The position numbers and the translations under genes were made by a program. From positions 640,001 through 704,000 of the forward strand of contig CAVQBA010000006.1 in assembly GCA_963710605.1 (NCBI GenBank): a stretch of DNA of 64,000 nucleotides, written 5' to 3'. The DNA comes from an uncultured cyanobacterium. GTDB lineage: Bacteria; Cyanobacteriota; Cyanobacteriia; Cyanobacteriales; Cyanobacteriaceae. Positions 57,083-64,000 of the stretch are shown here, in pieces. Numbering within the stretch: the stretch's first letter is position 1; each line of letters opens with the position of its first letter. The notes under the pieces were generated by a model that was given only the letters and a program-made list of their open reading frames with translations, was not told the origin of the DNA and ran no database searches.

Positions 57083-58741
57083 CTATTTTGCACTTGCTTC
57101 AGATAACATATCGGTAACACTTTCTTCTTCAGAATCCGATTCGCTATCAATACCGTAATCATATGGGCCACTCCATAAAACAGGCTCTTCTTCAAAGTTT
57201 TCAATAATTGGCGGAGAAGCAGTTTGCCATTCAAGAGTTAAAGCACGCCAAGGATTACGAGCGGCTTGTTCACCTTTCCATAAACTCCAAACAACGTTGA
57301 TAAGAAAAGGAATAGTCGAAACAGCCATGGTATAAGCACCCGCAGTAGCTAGTACATTCAACGGTTGAAATTGTACATCATATAACGCAATACGACGATT
57401 CATACCCATTAATCCTAATTGGTGCATCGGCATGAAAGTTAGATTCAAACCAATGAAAGTCAGAATAAAATGTAAACGCCCTAAACCATCGTGAAACATT
57501 TTGCCTGTAATTTTAGGAAACCAATGATAAACACCAGAGAATAAGGCTAAGGCTGAACCACCAAATAAGACGTAATGGAAGTGTCCGACGACAAAATAAG
57601 TATCATGTACATGAATGTCAAATGGTACAGATGCCACCATTACCCCAGTCAAACCACCGATGAGGAATGAAGAGATAAAACCGAGGGCAAATAACATGGG
57701 GGTGTTTAGTTCAATTTTACCATTCCATAAAGTAGCACACCAGCTAAAGACTTTAATTCCTGTTGGTACAGCAATAATCATGGTTGTTGCCATAAAGAAC
57801 ATTCTCAACCAACCAGGTGTACCACTAGTAAACATATGGTGAGCCCAAACAATCAAACCGAGGAAACTAATGGCTAAACTAGAATAAGCGATCGCACGAT
57901 AACCAAAAATAGGTTTACGAGCATGAACAGGAATCACTTCAGAAATTACCCCAAAGAAAGGCAAAATCATAATATAAACCGCAGGGTGAGAATAGAACCA
58001 GAATAAGTGCTGATATACTACTGGGTCTCCTCCTCCTGTAGGATTAAAGAAACTCGTACCTGCCATCAAATCAAAGGAAAGTAAAATTAAAGCACCAGCT
58101 AAGACAGGAGTAGAAAGTAATGCCAAAGCAGATGTAGCCAACATTGACCAACAAAATAAAGGCATACTATACAAATCCATATCCTTGATTCGCATTTTAA
58201 GGATAGTGGTGGCAAAATTAATTCCGCCTAAAATTGAGGATGTACCTAATAATAAAAGACTAAGTATCCAAAATTCTTCTCCCCATTTACCCGTCATCAA
58301 ACTAAGAGGAGGATAAGATGTCCAACCAGATTGAGGTGCACCGACGAAGAAACTTCCGAGTAATAAAATCCCACCAGGAGGAATTAACCAAAAAGCTACT
58401 GCATTCAAGCGAGGAAAAGCCATATCCTCAGCACCAATCATCAAAGGAATGAGATAATTAGCAAAAGCCGCTCCCGCAGGTACAATCCATAAGAAAATCA
58501 TGATTGTACCGTGAAGGGTAAACATTTGGTTATAAACTTCAGGGGTAACAAAATCAGGGTCAGGTGTGGCTAATTCTGTACGTACGACTTCGGCAAACGC
58601 ACCACCGACGAAGTAAAAGAAAAATGAAGTTACTAAATACTGAATACCAATCACTTTATGATCTGTATTAAAAGTGAAGTATTCCCATAGTTTTCTTTTT
58701 CGATGGACGGGATTATTTTCTACTGTTACTGTTGTATTCAT
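57083..58741 (-). CDS. ctaD: Cytochrome c oxidase subunit I
   Basis: WFYSHPAVYI, VWAHH and HFHYV motifs (A2-type YS motif). Confidence 0.99.
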   Translation of the reverse strand: MNTTVTVENNPVHRKRKLWEYFTFNTDHKVIGIQYLVTSFFFYFVGGAFAEVVRTELATPDPDFVTPEVYNQMFTLHGTIMIFLWIVPAGAAFANYLIPLMIGAEDMAFPRLNAVAFWLIPPGGILLLGSFFVGAPQSGWTSYPPLSLMTGKWGEEFWILSLLLLGTSSILGGINFATTILKMRIKDMDLYSMPLFCWSMLATSALALLSTPVLAGALILLSFDLMAGTSFFNPTGGGDPVVYQHLFWFYSHPAVYIMILPFFGVISEVIPVHARKPIFGYRAIAYSSLAISFLGLIVWAHHMFTSGTPGWLRMFFMATTMIIAVPTGIKVFSWCATLWNGKIELNTPMLFALGFISSFLIGGLTGVMVASVPFDIHVHDTYFVVGHFHYVLFGGSALALFSGVYHWFPKITGKMFHDGLGRLHFILTFIGLNLTFMPMHQLGLMGMNRRIALYDVQFQPLNVLATAGAYTMAVSTIPFLINVVWSLWKGEQAARNPWRALTLEWQTASPPIIENFEEEPVLWSGPYDYGIDSESDSEEESVTDMLSEASAK

Positions 58742-58777
58742 ACAATCTTCAAAAAAGTTAAAATTTTTGTATTGATG

Positions 58778-58799
58778 AGCCTGAATGATTATCAGGCTC
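58778..58799. other. Intercistronic hairpin between ctaC and ctaD
   Basis: GAGCCTGA...TCAGGCTC perfect 8-bp stem. Confidence 0.6.
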
Positions 58800-58815
58800 T
58801 AGTTTTTAGTGGTAA

Positions 58816-59799
58816 TTAATTGTCAATAGTGTCAGTAGGATGCAACTGAGCTAACATTTCTGGAGTTACACCTAAATGATGAGCGTGCATTTCCATATTT
58901 GATTCAGGATTAGTTTGGGCTGAGAGTAAAGCCACTGTTTGTGATGAATCTGTTTCTGGTGCTTGAGCTACGATCGTATTTTCTTCTATCCATTGTTGGT
59001 AATCTTCTTCGCTTTGTACGTATAAGAAGGTTTTCATCCCACCATGATAGGGGCCACATAACTCCGCACAGATGATTGGATATTCACCAATTCTATTGGA
59101 ATTGAATGCTAATTCGGAATCTCTACCCGGTAATACGTCTTGCTTTAGTCTTAATTGAGGTACCCAAAAAGCGTGAATGACATCACCTGCTTTCATGTTT
59201 AGTTTGACTTGTTTATTCACTGGTACGTGTAATTCACCAGAAACAATACCTGAATCTGGATAAGTAAATAACCAAGCGTATTGAATACCATTTACTTCCA
59301 CTTGCATATCAGAAACTCCTGATGAGCCTATTCCTAAAGCCATATGCCCTTGATGAGGATTGAAAGCAACTAATTTACCTGAGTCGCTATTCGCATCAGC
59401 TATTTGCATTTGCTCTTGAGGAAAGTCACGAGAAGAATCTGGATCTAATCCACCGAGGTTATTGTAAACTTCAAAACTGTATAGAGAAAGAATGAGTACT
59501 ATAACTGTGGGAATTGCTGTCCAGACAATTTCTAAAGGAACATTTCCTTCTGTTGGGGGACCATCTGTCTGATCGCCTTTTTTGCGTCTAAATTTAAAAA
59601 TAGAGTACACTAAGACTCCTTCGACGATTAAAAATAGACCTGTTGCGATCGTCATCATCAAGTCAAATAACTCATCGACCTCCACTGCATTTTGTGATGC
59701 TTCGATGGGCATTAAACCATGATTTTGTCCATACCACAGACTGATCAAGGTGAGGAGGATACCTGCTATCAGTGTGATAATATTGCCAGGGATATTCAC
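58816..59799 (-). CDS. ctaC: Cytochrome c oxidase subunit II
   Basis: CuA ligands DVIHAFW and CAELCGPYHGGM. Confidence 0.98.
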   Translation of the reverse strand: MNIPGNIITLIAGILLTLISLWYGQNHGLMPIEASQNAVEVDELFDLMMTIATGLFLIVEGVLVYSIFKFRRKKGDQTDGPPTEGNVPLEIVWTAIPTVIVLILSLYSFEVYNNLGGLDPDSSRDFPQEQMQIADANSDSGKLVAFNPHQGHMALGIGSSGVSDMQVEVNGIQYAWLFTYPDSGIVSGELHVPVNKQVKLNMKAGDVIHAFWVPQLRLKQDVLPGRDSELAFNSNRIGEYPIICAELCGPYHGGMKTFLYVQSEEDYQQWIEENTIVAQAPETDSSQTVALLSAQTNPESNMEMHAHHLGVTPEMLAQLHPTDTIDN

Positions 59800-59978
59800 T
59801 ATTATTAAATTTACCTTAATGTTGTATTTTTATGATCTCTATCTTTCAGGATAATTCAATTTATCGGAATTTTGAAGATAATTACAGGTATGATCACATT
59901 TCTTTAGCTTTTTTTCATACTATCTTTACTAAGGATGAAGGATGAAGAAGTAATAATTAATAATTAGTTTTTAGCTTC

Positions 59979-60020
59979 TAACTCTTAACTCTTAACTCTT
60001 AACTCTTAACTCTTAACTCT
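59979..60020. repeat. STRR heptamer (TAACTCT)6
   Basis: Six perfect tandem copies just past the aroH stop codon. Confidence 0.9.
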
Positions 60021-60024
60021 TGAC

Positions 60025-60420
60025 TTAAAAGATTTTAGTCAGATGCCAATCGGGGCGTAAATTCCCGGCTTTTCTTAGGTAAGGATGACATATTTGGGCT
60101 TGAGGTTTGTCAGTATTCCAATAAATCAAAACTCGAATACATTTTTCTAAACTACCTTTAACTTGCATTTGTTGTAAGTCTAACAAAGGTACGTCTTCCC
60201 ATTGAGGGTTTTCACGAGCGATCGCAGCAGGAAAAATAGCGTCTAAATCTGGGGTGGCGGTAAAAATCACACTTACAATATTGTCGTAATCTAACTGGTT
60301 GCGATTTTCGATTTCTTGTAATAGTTCTGTAATGGCTTCTCGCATGGCTTCTACCGTATTAGCTCGTGCGGTAGTAGCACCTCTGACAGCTCTTACTTTA
60401 GTCATTAACGGTTCACTCAT
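60025..60420 (-). CDS. aroH: Chorismate mutase, AroH class
   Basis: VRAVRGATT, TPDLDAIFPA, KCIRVL and LRPD motifs. Confidence 0.96.
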   Translation of the reverse strand: MSEPLMTKVRAVRGATTARANTVEAMREAITELLQEIENRNQLDYDNIVSVIFTATPDLDAIFPAAIARENPQWEDVPLLDLQQMQVKGSLEKCIRVLIYWNTDKPQAQICHPYLRKAGNLRPDWHLTKIF

Positions 60421-60453
60421 TACTTGTTCGATATTTTACCAATTTTTCATGAT

Positions 60454-61273
60454 TTAAGGACGATATAACCATAAAGGTTGACCATTGGTAGCCAATTCAA
60501 ATTCTAACCAATTTGTAGCCGTCACTATTTTTGATTTTGTTTGACTACGGTTGAGAAAACGATCGACTAAAGTTTTTGGTTCTTCAATAGTATGACATTC
60601 TGTTTTATCTGGGTCAAGTCCTACTAATTCACAAGCCCAAATCCGAGCATCTTCTTGAGTGCCAGTTCGAATCGACTAAACCTAATTTTACAGCTTGTTC
60701 GCCTGAAAAAATACGCCCATCCGCAAAACTTTTGACTGTTTCTGTTGTTAAGTTACGATTCTCGGCTATTATTTGCACGAATTGCTCATAAGTACTATCA
60801 ATCAATTGTTGTAAAATTTCTTTTTCTTCTGGACTCAAATCTCGATCGAAAGATAAAATATCTTTATAAGGTCCTGATTTGATTGTTTGAAAAGAAACAC
60901 CTACTTTATCTAATAGTTTTTCTAAGTTATTCCCACGAATAATTACCCCGATACTACCTGTAATAGTTCCGGGATTAGAAACAATATGATTTGCTCCTGC
61001 ACTAATATATACTCCTCCCGATGCGGAAATATTACCAAAAGAAGCGACTATTTTTACTTTTTTTTGTAGTCTTTTAAGTGCTGAATATATTTCATGAGAA
61101 TCAGCAACTGTACCACCGGGAGAGTCTATTCTTAAGAGTAAAGCGGGATATTTTTTTTCTTCGACTTCTTCTAAGGCACTTAAAACTGTTTCTCTAGTAC
61201 CAGAGGCGATCGCACCATTGATTTCAATACAAGCTATTTGTTTGCGGGTAGAGGGTTTAAAAGGCCAAATCAT
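60454..61273 (-). CDS. sppA: Signal peptide peptidase SppA (36K type), split by a 1-nt insertion at ~60670
   Basis: RIDSPGG, SASGGVY, TGSIGV, KSGPYKD and ADGRIF motifs. Removing one base from GTCGATTCGA restores ...LVDRTGTQEDARIW...GQPLWLYRP*. Confidence 0.93.
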
Positions 61274-61622
61274 TATTTATTTATCTTGTGCAATACTGCT
61301 AAGGTTAGAGTTTTTAGTCCAATTTATTATCATAACAGCATAGTATAACAATTGATAATTGTTCAGTAAGAGAATTGAGAATGAATAACTAATAATTAAT
61401 CGTCGAGCGATTTTTTCGCTTAGTTACTCAATGTTTTATGTACTCACAGAGTTATCATTCATAAGGTTGACCTCAAGTGTGTGGTTAAAAAACAGGTTTT
61501 TCAAGCACCTAAATTAAACTTAGGTAAAAAACCCTTTTGTTTCGCTTTACGAACACTTTTTATTGTACTGTTAACTCACGGGCTCTCCATTCTCAATTCT
61601 CCATTCTCAATTCTCCATTCTC

Positions 61623-62661
61623 CTAGTATCTAATTTGTTTGGCGGTTTCAAAGAAAGTTCTGACATTTTCTTCTGGTGTACCAACTAAAACACCATGTCC
61701 TAAATTAAGGATATGTCCTTGGTTTCCAGCTTGTTTAACCGTATCATGAACTCTTTGCTTGATAAAGTCATGAGAACCAAATAATACGCCAGGATCGATA
61801 TTACCTTGAACTTTCATCTCTTTACCTAGTCTTTGTCTTGCTTGAGCCATATCAACAGTCCAATCAACACTAACAATATCAACTCCTGTACGTCCCATTC
61901 TTTCTAATACTCCTGCACTGCCACTGATATAAAGAATTAAGGGAGTATCAGGATGAGTCTGTTTAACTTGATCGATTACTCTTTTTTGATACGGTAAAGC
62001 AAAAGTATCATAATCTTGAGGAGTTAGTTGCCCAGCCCATGAATCAAATAACTGAATAATTTGTGCACCGCAATCAATTTGGTAACGAACATAGATAGCG
62101 ATCGAATCAGCAATTTTAGCTAATAATTTATGGAGAATATCAGGTTGAGAAAATGCCATATTTTTGATCACGGCATAATTTTTAGAACTTTTACCCTCGA
62201 TCGCGTAAGCGGCTAAAGTCCAAGGAGAACCAACGAAACCTAGCACAGTTGACTTGTTACCTACTTCTTGACGTAGAGTACCTAAAATCTTTTTAATAAA
62301 GGGTAAAGACTCTTCTGGGTCTAATGTGTGTAATGCTTCTATTTGTTCTAAGCTACGAATAGGAGGATCAATAATTGCAACCATTACTTTCGACAATATC
62401 AAAAGGAATACCCATACCGGGTAAAGGAGTTAGAATATCGGAAAACATAATCACACCATCAGGAGCGAAAGCATCCCACGGTTGTAACGATATTTCGATC
62501 GCTAAATCGGGATTTTCAGAACGTTCGCGAAAGCTAGGATGCTTATCCCTTAAATCACGATAAATTTTCATGTATCTACCCGCTTGACGCATCATCCAGA
62601 CAGGAGGACGATCGGCTGTTTGACCACGAGCAACTCTCAGTAAAAGAGGTAAATCTGACAT
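61623..62661 (-). CDS. hemE: Uroporphyrinogen decarboxylase, split by a frameshift at ~62378
   Basis: [11 protein letters not shown] and FSDIL in one frame; IIDPPIR...[10 protein letters not shown]...NLGHG in the next. Confidence 0.95.
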
Positions 62662-62855
62662 TATAATATCTTTAATCTGATCAATTTTTTAGTGCATTTT
62701 TTAGCTTATCACTAGACTCATACACTACCAAAACAAATGTAACGATCTTTTATTATTTTACTGATGTTGAGTAAAAATGTTTTAGTAAAAAGTAGAAGTC
62801 AGAAGTAAGATGTATTAATTAACAACTAAAATATTCTTATCGATATTTGGCTGTT

Positions 62856-62889
62856 TAACTCTTAACTCTTAACTCTTAACTCTTAACTC
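62856..62889. repeat. STRR heptamer (TAACTCT)~5
   Basis: Same unit as the array at 59979-60020. Confidence 0.85.
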
Positions 62890-63250
62890 ACTGTTGTCTT
62901 TGGTTAGCGGTACATATTTATTATCCAGCCACTGAGAAAAACCAATTAAGAAACAATCAAAGAAACATTAACGTCAAAGTAACTAAACTAACAATTAGAA
63001 GAATATAAGTTTGAAAACAAATGTATTGATCAAGTCTGTTTAGGCATTAAGCGAAGATAATTGATTATTAATGATAAATCACCTGTTTTTTCCTGAATTA
63101 AATTTAGTAGATTTACCAGAAACTAGTCGTATTTTCTCTTTTTTGTTACATTATTTAGTAATATAAATAAAAGCCTAACTTATTTCTTAGCTTTTATTTA
63201 ACTTACTACTTCAAAACTACTCTTATACTTAAAATTAATTAAAATATTAA

Positions 63251-64000
63251 ATGTTTGGTCTTATCGGTCATTTAAGCAATTTAGAACAAGCTCAAATACA
63301 AACAGGGAAACTTGGTCATCCTGATTACGCAAAAGAAGGATTTGAATTTTGGTGTTCTGCACCTCCTATTCTAATAGATGAATTTCAGGTCACTAGTGCA
63401 ACAGGTAAAATTATAGAGGGGCGTTACATCGAATCTTGTTTTTTACCTGAAATGTTAGGTAAACGTAGAATCAAAACGGCTATTCGCAAAATATTAAATG
63501 CAATGGCTTTAGCCCAAAAAAATGGTCTTAATATAACGGCTTTAGGTGGCTTTTCTTCAATTATTTTTGAGGAGTTTAATCTTAAACAAAATAAACAAGT
63601 TCGTAATGTTAATTTAGAATTTGAAAGATTTACGACAGGTAATACTCACACTGCATATGTTATTTGCCGTCAAGTTGAACAAGGTTGTGCTAAAGTTGGT
63701 ATTGATTTAAGTAAAGCGACAGTAGCTGTTTGTGGGGCAACCGGTGATATCGGTAGTGCTGTTTGTCGTTGGTTAGATAAAAAAACTGATGTGGCTGATT
63801 TGCTTTTAATCGCTCGTAATCGTGAGCGTTTAGATAATTTACAATCAGATTTAGGTAGAGGTAAAATAATGAGCTTAGAAGAGGCTTTACCTCAAGCTGA
63901 CGTTATTGTTTGGGTTGCTAGTATGCCTAAAGGTGTTCATATTAACAACGATATAATCAAAAAGCCTTGTCTATTAATTGATGGCGGTTATCCTAAAAAT
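63251..64000 (+). CDS. aar: Long-chain acyl-ACP reductase (alkane biosynthesis), truncated by the window end
   Basis: MFGLIGHL...WCSAPP...ESCFLPEM...[10 protein letters not shown]...[10 protein letters not shown]...[14 protein letters not shown]...IDGGYPKN; open to the window end. Confidence 0.96.
   Translation, partial: MFGLIGHLSNLEQAQIQTGKLGHPDYAKEGFEFWCSAPPILIDEFQVTSATGKIIEGRYIESCFLPEMLGKRRIKTAIRKILNAMALAQKNGLNITALGGFSSIIFEEFNLKQNKQVRNVNLEFERFTTGNTHTAYVICRQVEQGCAKVGIDLSKATVAVCGATGDIGSAVCRWLDKKTDVADLLLIARNRERLDNLQSDLGRGKIMSLEEALPQADVIVWVASMPKGVHINNDIIKKPCLLIDGGYPKN

Noticed and set aside
62888-63025. Small hydrophobic minus-strand reading frame upstream of aar
   Set aside because: Interrupted by stops and a frameshift, no clear start, no resemblance to ado.

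Overview
AT-rich cyanobacterial chromosome segment, most likely Chroococcales (Cyanobacterium/Geminocystis-like; inferred from gene content, abundant CGATCG palindromes and heptamer STRR repeats). It holds a complete rRNA operon (16S-tRNA-Ile-tRNA-Ala-23S-5S), tRNA-Thr(CGT), the rplC-to-rpmE ribosomal protein supercluster with secY/adk/infA/rpoA/truA, ctaCDE, dxr, aroH, sppA, hemE, the start of acyl-ACP reductase, ggt, surE, anmK, a ChlH/BchH-family chelatase and three tandem PEP-CTERM genes. The most unusual locus is 42685-43535: a GxxExxY (PD-(D/E)XK-like) gene sits in a tandem [~155-bp structured palindrome + gene] array whose second gene copy is truncated, and a third half-palindrome lies about 6 kb away. 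Other points of interest: G/C-rich dispersed repeats inserted in-frame in the chelatase; an internally deleted IS5-family element whose terminus supplies the ggt stop codon; a 52-bp inverted repeat pair bracketing the whole r-protein cluster; a long structured rplC leader; and several single-base frameshifts at GATC/GGWCC motifs (rplD, sppA, a PEP-CTERM gene, probably hemE) that look like methylation-linked sequencing errors rather than pseudogenes.
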